Of a DNA stretch of 64,000 bases, positions 44,970-54,894 are shown piece after piece. Each line of letters begins with the position of its first letter. Positions within the stretch are counted from its first letter, which is position 1. The notes beneath the pieces were generated by a model, which saw only the letters and a list, made by a program, of their open reading frames with translations, made no database searches and was not told the origin of the DNA. The DNA comes from Minisyncoccota bacterium (GTDB taxonomy: Bacteria > Patescibacteriota > Minisyncoccia > UBA6257 > GWB1-50-10), in assembly GCA_041917695.1 (NCBI GenBank), contig JAYRXE010000037.1:370582-434581 (forward strand), given 5' to 3'. A program made the position numbers and the translations under genes.

Positions 44970-46253
44970 TTATCCGGCAAACGAAAAATAGAAAAAGACG
45001 CCGGCTGCAATCGTCATCAGAACGCCGATTGCGATGCCCCACGCGTTCGAATTCCTTGAATTTGTCCGGCTTCCCATCGTCTTCCGGTCATTGGCAAGCG
45101 CGATAATCATAAAAATGAGGGGCGGAGCGCACAGGCCGTTCAAAACGGCTGAATAATAAAGCATTTTAAAGGGCGGAACGCCGGAGAAATTCACGAGGAG
45201 CCCCAAGAACGTCGCTACGATGATGGCGGTGTAGAACCCCCGCGCTTTTGAAAATGTCTTTCCCAAACCTTCGGACCAGCCGACGGCTTCCGAGAGAGCG
45301 TACGAGGCGGAACCGGCGAGCACGGGTATAGCGAGCAAGCCGGTGCCCACAATGCCAAGCGCAAAGAGGAGGTATGCAAACGGGCCGGCGATAGGCTCGA
45401 GCGCGGCGGCTGCCTGGTCGGCTGTCTCGATGGAGAAGATTCCCTGCGCGTGGAGCGTCGCCGCCGTGGTCGCGATGATGAAGAAGCTCACGAGATTTGA
45501 AAAAACCATGCCGAGCACGGTATCCGCGCGCATATCCCGCAAATCCTGCCGAGTCACTTTCGGGATTCCCTTCCCCATCGCTCGAATCTTTCCCTTCGCG
45601 ACCTCTTCCTCGACTTCTTCATCGGACTGCCAAAAGAACAGATACGGCGAAATCGTCGTGCCGAGAAAAGCCACCACGTTCATGGCAAACTCCTTCGACA
45701 GCACGAACCGTGGCCAGAAGGTGCTCGAAAGAATGACTCCCCAGTCGGCCTTCACGATGAAAAGAACCGCCACGTAGGAGAATAGCGAGAAGGTGAGGTA
45801 TTTGAGGATGCGGGCATAGGTCGGGTACGGGATGTAGATTTGGAGGATGAGAACGACAAACACCGCGGCCCAAAGCCATAGTGCAACGCCCCCGCCGAAG
45901 ACAAGGGAGATCGAAGAGGCTATTGCGCCGAGATCGGCCCCGATATTCACGACGTTTGCCAAAAAAAGAAGGAGAACGGCGACGGAAAGCAACGCCCTCC
46001 CATAGCGCGCCCGAAGGGCTCCCGCGAGCCCCTTCCCGGTCACGAGGCCTATCCGCCCGCACATCTCCTGGATGGCGACCATGAAGGGAACGCTGAAAAA
46101 GGCGAGCCACAGCTGGCGGTAGCCGAAAACCGCCCCGGTCTGGGCGTAGGTCCCGATGCCGGATGGGTCGTCGTCGGCCGCTCCCGTAATGAAGCCTGGG
46201 CCTATTTTCTTAAAAAACCGCTTAAAATCTAGCTTTTTCGCCATTTCCTCCAT
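44970..46253 (-). CDS. mntH: Nramp-family divalent metal cation transporter
   Basis: GPGFITGAADDDPSGIGTY is the Nramp signature (DPGN-like region), with 11 TM helices. Confidence 0.8.
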   Translation of the reverse strand: MEEMAKKLDFKRFFKKIGPGFITGAADDDPSGIGTYAQTGAVFGYRQLWLAFFSVPFMVAIQEMCGRIGLVTGKGLAGALRARYGRALLSVAVLLLFLANVVNIGADLGAIASSISLVFGGGVALWLWAAVFVVLILQIYIPYPTYARILKYLTFSLFSYVAVLFIVKADWGVILSSTFWPRFVLSKEFAMNVVAFLGTTISPYLFFWQSDEEVEEEVAKGKIRAMGKGIPKVTRQDLRDMRADTVLGMVFSNLVSFFIIATTAATLHAQGIFSIETADQAAAALEPIAGPFAYLLFALGIVGTGLLAIPVLAGSASYALSEAVGWSEGLGKTFSKARGFYTAIIVATFLGLLVNFSGVPPFKMLYYSAVLNGLCAPPLIFMIIALANDRKTMGSRTNSRNSNAWGIAIGVLMTIAAGVFFYFSFAG

Positions 46254-46438
46254 TATAGCGGTTCACCCCTGTGGATAACTTTCCGGAAAAACTTGAAAAA
46301 TCGGGAGGGGTATGGTAGGATAATCTTACACCTCGAGAGAGGCGTTTTTTATTGGGATTTTGGTCGGCTGTCGGATTCGGACCTCGAATCGGCCGGCGGA
46401 CCGGGTTCCCTAAATCTCCGAGGAAGTTTAAGAATCTT

Positions 46439-46900
46439 ATGAAAAGACTTTTCATCCTTACGGCGCTCGTCTTTGCCCTCTTTGCGGCTCCGACCTACGC
46501 CGAAAACCCCGATTTTTGCCAATACTCCTTCGAATCGAAGACGGCGGCGGCAAAAGCCGCGGTGACGGAAGAATTGAAGCCGGCGGCCCCCGCGGCCTCG
46601 GCGATTCCCACGTATGTCTGGGTGACGGCCTACTCTTCGGCCGTGGACGAGACTGACGAGGACCCGTTTACAACGGCCTCCATGACCACCGTCCGCGACG
46701 GCATCGTAGCCGCGAACTTCCTCCCCTTCGGGACGAGGATCAAGCTCCCCGGACTCACCGGCGACAAAATCTATGTCGTCGAGGACCGGATGCATTCCCG
46801 CAAATCGAATTACGTGGACGTCTGGATGCCTTCAAAGGCTGAAGCCATGCAGTTCGGCAAGACGAAGACCAAAATCGTCATTGTTGAAATGCCCGCCTAA
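46439..46900 (+). CDS. secreted 3D-domain (MltA-like/cell-wall-binding) protein
   Basis: Signal peptide MKRLFILTALVFALFAAPTYA. C-terminal VAANFLPFGTRIKLPGLTGDKIYVVEDRMHSRKSNYVDVWMP matches the 3D domain with its three Asp. Confidence 0.6.
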   Translation: MKRLFILTALVFALFAAPTYAENPDFCQYSFESKTAAAKAAVTEELKPAAPAASAIPTYVWVTAYSSAVDETDEDPFTTASMTTVRDGIVAANFLPFGTRIKLPGLTGDKIYVVEDRMHSRKSNYVDVWMPSKAEAMQFGKTKTKIVIVEMPA

Positions 46901-46926
46901 CGCTCGAAAGGAATCCTGAAAGTCCA

Positions 46927-46955
46927 AAACGCCCCACAGGGGGCGTTTTGTTTTG
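46927..46955 (+). terminator. rho-independent terminator
   Basis: aaacgcccc-acag-ggggcgttt followed by tgttttg. Confidence 0.7.
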
Positions 46956-46984
46956 CGTGCCGGAAGCTTATACTTAAGGCATCC

Positions 46985-48310
46985 ATGCAGGCGCGGAACA
47001 TCATCAACTTCGAGATTGCCGGCGGCAAGAAACTCCACGGGACCGTGGAAACGAACACCGCGAAGAATTCCGCGGTCGGCCTCCTCTGCGCTTCGCTTTT
47101 GAACGAGGCGGAAACCCTTTTGATAGACATGCCGAAGATCGAAGAGGTCTTCCGGATCATCGAGGTGCTCCATTCAATCGGCGTTTCCGCGGTATGGGAG
47201 GGACAAAACCTCCGCATCCGTCCGCCGAAAAAACTTGCCGTCACAAAAATGGACGTGGACACCGCCATGCGCACGCGGAGCGCCATCATGCTCATCGGTC
47301 CCCTCCTCCATCTTTTCCCCAAATTCCACATCCCCCAGGCGGGCGGGTGCCAGCTGGGAAGCCGGACGGTCGAGCCCCACTTCTTTGCGCTCGAAAACCT
47401 CGGCGTCCATATTAAAACGCTTCCGAAGTCGTACGAGATAACGCGAAAAAGCCTGAAGCGGAACCGGACGGTCATCCTTTACGAAGCGGGCGACACCGTT
47501 ACCGAAAACATCCTTATGGCGGCGGCGAAGGTTCCGGGAAAGACCACTATAAAATTCGCTTCGGCGAACTATCAGGTGCAGGACCTCTGCCGGTTCCTCG
47601 AGCTTTTGGGTGCAAAGGTTGAAGGCATCGGCACGACGACGATGGTGATACGCGGGAATCCGCATATGGCGAAGCCCGTCGAATTCCGCCCGAGCGAAGA
47701 CCCTATCGAATCCATGCTGTTTCTCTCGATCGCGGCGACGACCGGTTCGGAGCTCCTCATCAAGCGTTGCCCAATCGACTTCCTTGAGCTTGAGCTCTTG
47801 AAGCTCAAGAAGATGGGCTTCCGCTATAAGATCGTGCGGGAATACGTCTCGAAAAACGGCTTTACGCGGCTTGCCGACATCCGCACCTATCCGTCGAAAC
47901 TCACCGCGCTCCACGACAAGCTGAGCTCCGGCCCTTTTCCCGACCTGAACATCGACAATCTCCCCTTTTTCGTGCCTATCGCCATCCGAAGCTCGGGAAC
48001 GACGCTTATCCACGACTGGGTGTATGAAAACCGCGCCATCTATTACCTTGAACTCAAGAAGCTGGGCGCAAACATCCTCCTCGCCGATCCGCACCGCGTA
48101 TACGTCGAAGGCCCGTCGCATCTGAAGGGTGCGGAGGTTATCTGCCCGCCCGCGCTTCGCCCCGCCGCCATCATCCTCATCGCCATGCTTGCCGCCGAGG
48201 GAAAATCCACTCTCCGCAACGTCTACTCCATAAACCGCGGCTACGAAGATCTCGCGGCGCGCCTTAAGAAATTAGGCGCGGATATCAAGGTATTGAAATT
48301 GAAGGCATAA
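46985..48310 (+). CDS. murA: UDP-N-acetylglucosamine 1-carboxyvinyltransferase
   Basis: ~440 aa with the MurA fold. The catalytic Cys lies in the QAGGCQLGSRTVEPH loop, and KLGA/RGYE C-terminal blocks are present. Confidence 0.9.
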   Translation: MQARNIINFEIAGGKKLHGTVETNTAKNSAVGLLCASLLNEAETLLIDMPKIEEVFRIIEVLHSIGVSAVWEGQNLRIRPPKKLAVTKMDVDTAMRTRSAIMLIGPLLHLFPKFHIPQAGGCQLGSRTVEPHFFALENLGVHIKTLPKSYEITRKSLKRNRTVILYEAGDTVTENILMAAAKVPGKTTIKFASANYQVQDLCRFLELLGAKVEGIGTTTMVIRGNPHMAKPVEFRPSEDPIESMLFLSIAATTGSELLIKRCPIDFLELELLKLKKMGFRYKIVREYVSKNGFTRLADIRTYPSKLTALHDKLSSGPFPDLNIDNLPFFVPIAIRSSGTTLIHDWVYENRAIYYLELKKLGANILLADPHRVYVEGPSHLKGAEVICPPALRPAAIILIAMLAAEGKSTLRNVYSINRGYEDLAARLKKLGADIKVLKLKA

Positions 48311-48323
48311 ATAAAAACCGCCC

Positions 48324-48725
48324 CTAAGGGCGATTTTTTGATCTCATTTTCCCGAAACGGGGGTTCTTCTTCTTGAGCGCAATCTTCATCCGCTCAAAAT
48401 TAAAGTACCCTCCCCCCATCTTCACCGCATAGTGGATGCTCTTCCGTTCCGCAGTCTTTTCAAGATTCGAGCGGAAACAGAGAAGAACCATGAGGACGTT
48501 TTTTGCGTCTTCTTCGCACGCCGTGAAGAATTTCAGAATATCTTCCCCGTATATGCCGAGCTCGTCGAGCGCGAAGAGGGCGGAATCGGCATAGTCATAA
48601 TCCAAAAGCGCGCTGAGTTTCTGAATCGCATCGAAGCGCTCTTCCGTGAGCCCCATCACCAAATCTTCGCGCGTATGCATGCGCTCCGAAAGATGCCGGG
48701 TCTCAAAACCGCTTTTTTTACCCAC
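48324..48725 (-). CDS. hypothetical protein
   Basis: No family recognised. Confidence 0.4.
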   Translation of the reverse strand: MGKKSGFETRHLSERMHTREDLVMGLTEERFDAIQKLSALLDYDYADSALFALDELGIYGEDILKFFTACEEDAKNVLMVLLCFRSNLEKTAERKSIHYAVKMGGGYFNFERMKIALKKKNPRFGKMRSKNRP

Positions 48726-48762
48726 GTCGCCCTCCTTTCCGGGCTTTGGTTAGTTTCTTGTT

Positions 48763-49974
48763 TCAGCTTAACCTCCTTCGCAAATCCTTCAAGGGCCTGC
48801 TTCGGCGATACCGATGGAAATTGATGGCGAAACGGTGCGCCTCGTCGCGGGCGCGTATAAGCTCGGCTTCGGCGATTCCAGCGGGGATTTTCCCCACAAA
48901 CTCGTTCTTTTTGCGTTCCGGCCCCTTCGCAATGCCGACCACGGGAATGGAAAGCCCCGCCGCTTCGAGTACGGCCTCCACGGCGTTCACTTGGCCCTTC
49001 CCGCCGTCGATGAGCATCACGTGCGGAAGCGGCCAGTCGTTCTTCAGCCTTCGTTCCATCACCTCCTTAAGCATTCCCGTATCGTTCGAACCGCGGATGG
49101 TCTTCACGATAAATTTCCGGTAATCGCTTTTTTTGGGGGAACCATTCTCCAAAACGACCATCACGCCGACCGCGTCCGTTCCAGAGATGTTTGAGATGTC
49201 GTACCCTTCTATCCGCGTGCCGTTCCCTTTCTTTTCGTCCTTCTCTTCCTTGCCGATGAGCGAGGTGTCCTGGATATGCCGGAGGGCGAAGATGCGCTTC
49301 TTCAACTTTCCGGCCTTTTCGAACTGGAGCGCGTCCGATGCCTCCTCCATTTCCCTTTCGAGCCGGCGGATAAGCAGGCGTTTCTTGCCCTTCAAAAACA
49401 TTTTGAGGTTTTTCACCGTCTCTTTGTATTCGGCCTTGTCTACCTCTTGAAAACAGGTGCCCGGACACAACCCCAGCTGAAAATCGAAACAGGGACGCCC
49501 CATTTTCCCGATGGCTTCGGGCGGGTGCGTATTCCAGGGGAAGATCTTCCGCAAAATGCGCATGGCTTCGCGAATCGATGAAGCGGACACGAAGGGTCCG
49601 AAGCGTTCCCCCGCCTGCTCCGCTTTCCCGCGCATGAGAAGCACCCGCGGATACGGATCTTTCGTAATCTCGACGAACAGGAAGCTTTTATCGTCCTTCT
49701 CGCGGATGTTGTACGGAGGTATCTCGCGCTTGATGAGTTCCGCTTCGAGAATCAAGGCTTCCAAGGCCGAGTCGGTTTCGCGGTACTGGATATCCCGGAT
49801 TTCCGAGACCATCTTTTGTATGCGCGCGTCGTGCGGACGCAAAAAATAACTCGACACCCGCCGGCGCAAATTCGCCGCCTTCCCGATATACAAAATGCGC
49901 CCGCGGGCGTCGTACATGATGTAGCACCCGGGCGCATCGGGAAGGTGGCCGTAGAGTTCTTTCGGCCCCTTCAT
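48763..49974 (-). CDS. uvrC: excinuclease ABC subunit C, short form (GIY-YIG + UvrBC + RNase H-like endonuclease; no C-terminal HhH)
   Basis: PGCYIMYDARGRILYIGKAANLRRRV (GIY-YIG), PCFDFQLGLCPGTC (Cys-rich UvrC segment), UVR-like ALQFEKAGKLKKRI, IEGYDISN endonuclease core. Ends ~200 aa before canonical UvrC. Confidence 0.8.
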   Translation of the reverse strand: MKGPKELYGHLPDAPGCYIMYDARGRILYIGKAANLRRRVSSYFLRPHDARIQKMVSEIRDIQYRETDSALEALILEAELIKREIPPYNIREKDDKSFLFVEITKDPYPRVLLMRGKAEQAGERFGPFVSASSIREAMRILRKIFPWNTHPPEAIGKMGRPCFDFQLGLCPGTCFQEVDKAEYKETVKNLKMFLKGKKRLLIRRLEREMEEASDALQFEKAGKLKKRIFALRHIQDTSLIGKEEKDEKKGNGTRIEGYDISNISGTDAVGVMVVLENGSPKKSDYRKFIVKTIRGSNDTGMLKEVMERRLKNDWPLPHVMLIDGGKGQVNAVEAVLEAAGLSIPVVGIAKGPERKKNEFVGKIPAGIAEAELIRARDEAHRFAINFHRYRRSRPLKDLRRRLS

Positions 49975-49977
49975 AGG

Positions 49978-50295
49978 CTAGAGGTACGGCGCGAGCTCGT
50001 CTTTAAAAACGTCTTTCGGCCGGAATCCGATGAAATCCTTCACGACCTGGCCGTTTTTGAAAAGCTTCATGTTCGGCAGGCTCTGGATGCGGTACTGAAC
50101 GGCAAGCTCGAGATTGTCGGGTTCTTCGGTGTTTACCTTCACCACCTTCATTTTTCCCGCAAGCTCCGCATCCATCGCTTCGAGGATGGGCGCCATCATC
50201 CGGCAGGGGCCGCACCACGGCGCCCAAAAATCCACAAGCACCGGAACCGGCGAATCCAAAACCGCTGATTGAAAATCTTTTTTAGTTATATCCAT
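49978..50295 (-). CDS. trxA: thioredoxin
   Basis: VLVDFWAPWCGPCRMMAP active site. Start at internal ATG (MDITKKDF). Confidence 0.85.
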   Translation of the reverse strand: MDITKKDFQSAVLDSPVPVLVDFWAPWCGPCRMMAPILEAMDAELAGKMKVVKVNTEEPDNLELAVQYRIQSLPNMKLFKNGQVVKDFIGFRPKDVFKDELAPYL

Positions 50296-50547
50296 GGCGA
50301 AAAAATTAATACGCTCCGATCGAGGCCTTATAGTAAAGGAAAAGAATGACCCACACAATGCTCGCAAAAATAACCCCTGCGACGAATCCGGAAAGCGACG
50401 ATGCCACTTTCCTGCCTAATTGGAACGGATACCGCCGGGGAGTTTCTACCGAAAAGTCAGATGCTTTTTTCATGGTGATGCAGTGAAACGGCCTTTGTTT
50501 TTCTTCAGTATACCCGCCGCTCCCCGTAAAGAGAAGTCTCCGGAACC

Positions 50548-51546
50548 TTAAAAATCATAATTTATCCCCATCGACGCCTTCGCGCGCGAGAGGACGCCTT
50601 CGGAAACCTTTCTCGCCCGAAGAGTGCCCTTTTTCAGAATTTCGAGTGTTGCCTTCCGGTTTTTTTCGTACTTTGCACGCCTCGCCCGCATCGGCTCGAG
50701 ATGCGATTCCAAAACGCCGATGAGGCGCTTCTTCACCTCGACATCTCCGAGACCGCCCCGCTGATACGCTTTTTTTAAGTTTTCCACTTCGTCTTTCTCC
50801 GCGTCAAACGCGTCGAGATATTCAAAAACGACGTTTCCCTTCACTTTTCCCGGATCGGAAACCTTCACGTGCCCCGGGTCGGTGTACATCATCATGACCT
50901 TCTTCTTCACCTCGTCCGGGGAATCCGAAAGATAGATGCAATTACCGAGGGTTTTCGACATCTTGGCCCCGCCGTCAATCCCGGAAAGGCGGGAAACGGG
51001 TGACAGCATCGCTTCCGCGCGCTTGAACGTTTTTCCGTAGATGCGGTTGAAGCGGTCCGCAATTTCATTCGTTTGCTCTATCATCGGCAATTGGTCGGCG
51101 CCGACGGGAACGAGGTCGGCATCGAAGCCGAGAATATCGGCAGCCTGGCTCACGGGGTACGCCAAAAAACCGGCGGGAACGTTCCGCGCAAAACCTTTTT
51201 CCTTCATTTCATGCTTTACCGTCGGATTCTGCTCGAGGCGCGCCAGGGTCACGAGGTTCAGAAAATACTGGCTGAGTTCCGCAAGGGCGGGAATCTGCGA
51301 TTGTAAAAATATCGTCGTTTTCTTCGGATCAATACCGACGCCGAGATAGTCGCACAGCACCTCGAAGGTGTTTTTCTCGATGTCCGCCCCGCGGTCCGCC
51401 TTGTCGGTAAGCGCCTGCGTGTCCGCAATCATTACGAACTGGGAATGCGTATCCTGGAGCCTCACGCGATTTACAAGCGAGCCCGCATAGTGCCCCAGAT
51501 GGAGCCTCCCTGTCGGCCTGTCGCCGGTAAGAACTGTTTTCTTCAT
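50548..51546 (-). CDS. trpS: tryptophan--tRNA ligase
   Basis: TGDRPTGRLHLGHY (HIGH), KMSKT (KMSKS), and class Ic TrpRS length of 332 aa. Confidence 0.9.
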   Translation of the reverse strand: MKKTVLTGDRPTGRLHLGHYAGSLVNRVRLQDTHSQFVMIADTQALTDKADRGADIEKNTFEVLCDYLGVGIDPKKTTIFLQSQIPALAELSQYFLNLVTLARLEQNPTVKHEMKEKGFARNVPAGFLAYPVSQAADILGFDADLVPVGADQLPMIEQTNEIADRFNRIYGKTFKRAEAMLSPVSRLSGIDGGAKMSKTLGNCIYLSDSPDEVKKKVMMMYTDPGHVKVSDPGKVKGNVVFEYLDAFDAEKDEVENLKKAYQRGGLGDVEVKKRLIGVLESHLEPMRARRAKYEKNRKATLEILKKGTLRARKVSEGVLSRAKASMGINYDF

Positions 51547-51582
51547 GTTTATTCATCATAGCACGGAAAATTGCCATGGTTA

Positions 51583-51611
51583 TTGACATATATCTATATT
51601 AATGCTTAAAT
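51583..51611 (+). promoter_or_regulatory. sigma70-like promoter candidate for 51649 gene
   Basis: ttgaca - 17 nt - ttaaat, then aaaggagg RBS at 51636-51643 and TTG start at 51649. Confidence 0.4.
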
Positions 51612-51648
51612 ATTCCGGCAACTTAACATAACCAAAAGGAGGTTAAAC

Positions 51649-52164
51649 TTGTCTTCAAAATCTTCGAAAAAAAGGATTCTTTTGATCACCAACGGCGTTT
51701 CCCTTTGGAAACCATACGAGGAGGAACTGAAACGTCTCGGATTTGAGGTCGATTTCTGCAGTTCGTTCTGCGATATCAAAACTAAGTGCGCAGAGAATAC
51801 ATACTTCTGCGCCATCATTGATGCCGCCGATCCCTGCTCATTCGTAAGTGCGCCGGGAGTCCTCAAAGACTTCACGGCAAAATACGGACAATGGTCCATG
51901 GGTACGCCCGCTGCAGGCATTCATTTGGCAAAGGCACAGGTACCTTTTCTAAGCTTCGCCCTCATGGACGTGGATATTGACCGCGTACCGGAGGACTTAA
52001 AAGGCTTGGTTTGGATGGGATTAGTGGCGTGCAAGCCGGAACTTACCAGCAGAATATTCAAACTCCTCAAAACCATCCCTGACGGCTCCACAGAGGAAAC
52101 CTTCAAAAGAGTTCTTAAGGGCGCTTCATCAGAAACTCCCATGAGACAGGTAGCAAACAGTTAA
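51649..52164 (+). CDS. hypothetical protein (TTG start)
   Basis: AGGAGG RBS 6 nt upstream of TTG; no family recognised. Confidence 0.45.
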   Translation: MSSKSSKKRILLITNGVSLWKPYEEELKRLGFEVDFCSSFCDIKTKCAENTYFCAIIDAADPCSFVSAPGVLKDFTAKYGQWSMGTPAAGIHLAKAQVPFLSFALMDVDIDRVPEDLKGLVWMGLVACKPELTSRIFKLLKTIPDGSTEETFKRVLKGASSETPMRQVANS

Positions 52165-52189
52165 TTTTAAACCCGGATAATTCCGGGTT

Positions 52190-52636
52190 TTATTTTATCC
52201 TCTTTACGAAGTGAACGAGGATGTCCGATTCTTTAAAACCAGCACTTTTGTGCATTCTCCTGCTTTCAACATTCGTCTGATTCGTATCCGAGCCCATTTC
52301 TGTGCATCCTTTTTCACGCGCCCATTTTTCAGCCTCCTCCATAAGTCTTCGCGCAACGCCTTTGCGGCGATGTTCGGGCTTCACATAGACGCCCTCAAGG
52401 TATCCCACTGGCGACGTCTCCGTGCCTTCGACATAATCCGTGCGCAGGCTTGCGTGAATATATCCCAAGGGAATCCCATCTTCAACGCATACGAAGCAGG
52501 CTGCCGTTTCCGACGTGAGGGCTGTTTTTAGGTAATCATCTCTGAAATCGACTGTATCCGCATGCGGCCATAAAGCGATTGCCATCGCAATCACATCCTT
52601 GAAATCCTTCTCTTCAGCACGGCGATATTCTCTCAT
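52190..52636 (-). CDS. GNAT family N-acetyltransferase (AAC(6')-like size/architecture)
   Basis: VYVKPEHRRKGVARRLMEEAEKWAREKG is GNAT motif A (Q/RxxGxG/A). Confidence 0.75.
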   Translation of the reverse strand: MREYRRAEEKDFKDVIAMAIALWPHADTVDFRDDYLKTALTSETAACFVCVEDGIPLGYIHASLRTDYVEGTETSPVGYLEGVYVKPEHRRKGVARRLMEEAEKWAREKGCTEMGSDTNQTNVESRRMHKSAGFKESDILVHFVKRIK

Positions 52637-52778
52637 TTTTTAAAAGGGTTGTCCGCGAAAAGCGACATGACGCCCAGAGCTATGAAAATGCCGGCATAGA
52701 GCCAATCCCCGTTCGAAAAAGCCTCCAGGAGAGACAAGAGGAAGAAGATTGCAAATACCGCCGTATTTGGTCCTAATT

Positions 52779-53348
52779 TCATCGTATATATACCTTATAC
52801 TGGAAATCCGCCAATAGCACGGTATCCAAATTCCCCGGACAGTCACTTAATCGTTCCGCATTCTCGCCGATATAATGACAAATAGTTTTTGCAGGAACAA
52901 AACCTAAACCCTCAAAAACCCCTCCTTCGGACTTGCTATAAAAATACGTTGATAAGACATAGGCGCCCGCTGAGTCTCCAGCAACCACCTTACCTTCAAA
53001 AAGGTGGCCCAAATTCGGGCACCCTTTCAATACTTCCAGGAGTTTAAGCGTTTTCCCGCCTTGAATATAAATAACGTGGGATTTTTTTATTTGCTCTTCT
53101 AAATTTTCTTTTTGAGCTATTTCATAAATAAAAGACCGGTTCCCAGCATTCCTCTCAAATTGTTCAATTTGTCTCGCTTTCAATCCCTCGTACTCATGTT
53201 CATCTTTTGCAAAATACACAAGGAGAACACGGATTGCGCTCGGAAGATCTTTCAAGATTTCCTGATAAAATTGGTCATTTTGAGCATTGATTTCTCGCGC
53301 AAATCCTCCTTGGAGAATGAATTTAGTTCTCATTTTTCGCCGCTTCAT
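52779..53348 (-). CDS. peptidase S51 (dipeptidase E-like) / class I glutamine amidotransferase-like protein
   Basis: VIYIQGGKT and GDSAGAYVL are the S51 nucleophile Ser motif. Confidence 0.65.
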   Translation of the reverse strand: MKRRKMRTKFILQGGFAREINAQNDQFYQEILKDLPSAIRVLLVYFAKDEHEYEGLKARQIEQFERNAGNRSFIYEIAQKENLEEQIKKSHVIYIQGGKTLKLLEVLKGCPNLGHLFEGKVVAGDSAGAYVLSTYFYSKSEGGVFEGLGFVPAKTICHYIGENAERLSDCPGNLDTVLLADFQYKVYIR

Positions 53349-53865
53349 CCAGTTCCCTGAGCAAGCTCGACTTTCCTTCTCTATAGGCGGGGTAATCGTT
53401 TGGAAACTTCTTATACAGTTCTTCTTTCAAAGAGGAATATTTTTCTGCCCACTCAGGTTTTTTTCTCAAAAAATCCCTAATGCCTAAAAATTGAGAAACC
53501 TTAAAATTCGTGCGATCGCAAACATGTATGTTTTCGGTTTTCCGCCCGTCCGTTAAAACTTTGAAAAAAAGAAGGGTGTTGGGCGCAATATAGTTTTCTC
53601 CATATTGATACCCGAGTTTTCCCATCTTTTCTTTCTCTTCTGAAAAGTCCCCCATCGCATCCACTATCACTAAGACGTCTATAAGCGGCTTTGCGCGCAT
53701 TCCAGGGATTGAGGTGCTTCCGATATGTTCTATAGCTTGCGCTTTACTCCCAAAAACTTTTTCTAACTTTTCTTTTATTTTTTTAAAATCAATAACCCAT
53801 TCAGAATTGTACGGCTCTATCGAGTATGGGCGCTTTTGATTCTTATCTAAATTCATATTTACCAC
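53323..53865 (-). CDS. GrpB family protein (UPF0157, nucleotidyltransferase-like)
   Basis: IEHIGSTSIPGMRAKPLIDVLVIV is the GrpB signature. Confidence 0.75.
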   Translation of the reverse strand: MVNMNLDKNQKRPYSIEPYNSEWVIDFKKIKEKLEKVFGSKAQAIEHIGSTSIPGMRAKPLIDVLVIVDAMGDFSEEKEKMGKLGYQYGENYIAPNTLLFFKVLTDGRKTENIHVCDRTNFKVSQFLGIRDFLRKKPEWAEKYSSLKEELYKKFPNDYPAYREGKSSLLRELDEAAKNEN

Positions 53866-54893
53866 AGTGAAAAATATACTCTCAAAAGAACTGACTTTAC
53901 TCCGTCATCTATCGCGCCGTAGAGATTCACTTCCGAACGGGAATCGTTTTCAGCAAGCAGATACAATGCGCGTTTTTTCGTATCATATGCGGCGACCTTC
54001 ACGGTCCCGATGCATCCGTCATAGCTGCATCCGGAAAAAACGACGAATTTCCGCTTATCGGGAAGCGTTGCGACAACCGTCTTGAATCCCTGCCTCATTT
54101 CAGCCACTTCGAAATTCGGGATAAAGCGCCGTACGAGCGTCAAAAGGCTCGGCTGCTTTTTGAAAACCTCTTCCGGATTTGCCCCATATGTTTTTATAAG
54201 CGCATCCTCTGAACTCATCTCGCCGGAGAACGGGACGCTTCGAAGTTCTTCGTTTATCGGGGTTATCGCGGGTTTTACGGGGTTTATAGGTGCCACGACG
54301 GCAATCTTCTTCTCGCACTTCCCCATCCAAAAATCCGCCGCCTTGCAGGTCTTCCCCGTCGTCAGAAATACGCAATTTCCCGTTTCGCGGGGAGTTTTGT
54401 AGTTCTTGTCGCGGACGGGACGATATTCGCCTCCCATCGTGATACAGTACCGGGCAGCCTCAGTGTACTGGCCCGTGATAAGCGCGCCGTTTTGCGGGCA
54501 TTCTTCGGAAATATACGAATTCACTTCGCACTCCCTGCCGCCCAAAAAAACGCACACCGCATATTCCGCCCCTGCCCCGTTTTTCCGGTATTCGATCTTC
54601 CCGCCGTGGTTCTTGCAATACTCGATCTCCCGGGGAACCTCCGGAAGGGCGAAGATCGTCGACGTGGGAATCGATTCGCCGATTTTTTCCGTTTCTCCTC
54701 CGCACGCTTCTGCTGGGGGTGGGCCTACCGGTTTACCCTCCTTCTGCCACACATTGTCGCGGCACACCCATTTCCCTTCCGGCTTCTGAAAACCGACGAT
54801 TGCGACCGCAGCAATGACGGCAAGAATCACGCCCGCCTGGAGGGCATGTTTTGATTTCAAAAAGCTCATCACCTTGGTGAGCGAAAAAGGCAT
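53859..54893 (-). CDS. secreted protein with two DUF333-like Cys-rich modules
   Basis: YCKNHGGKIEYRKNGAGAEYAVCVFLGGRECEVNSY and YCITMGGEYRPV...GNCVFLTTGKTCKAADFWMGKC. Start set at ATG 54893 (MPFSLTKV). Confidence 0.5.
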   Translation of the reverse strand: MPFSLTKVMSFLKSKHALQAGVILAVIAAVAIVGFQKPEGKWVCRDNVWQKEGKPVGPPPAEACGGETEKIGESIPTSTIFALPEVPREIEYCKNHGGKIEYRKNGAGAEYAVCVFLGGRECEVNSYISEECPQNGALITGQYTEAARYCITMGGEYRPVRDKNYKTPRETGNCVFLTTGKTCKAADFWMGKCEKKIAVVAPINPVKPAITPINEELRSVPFSGEMSSEDALIKTYGANPEEVFKKQPSLLTLVRRFIPNFEVAEMRQGFKTVVATLPDKRKFVVFSGCSYDGCIGTVKVAAYDTKKRALYLLAENDSRSEVNLYGAIDDGVKSVLLRVYFSLW

Positions 54894-54894
54894 C

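Noticed and set aside
47174-48121. Minus-strand 315-aa ORF
   Set aside because: It lies antisense inside murA, whose product is unambiguous. Arg/Asp-rich low-complexity translation.
52640-52846. Minus-strand 68-aa ORF between GNAT and S51 peptidase
   Set aside because: No RBS or motif. An alternative 47-aa hydrophobic frame (MKLGPNTAVFAIFFLLSLLEAF...) exists at 52781, but neither could be supported, so no call was made.
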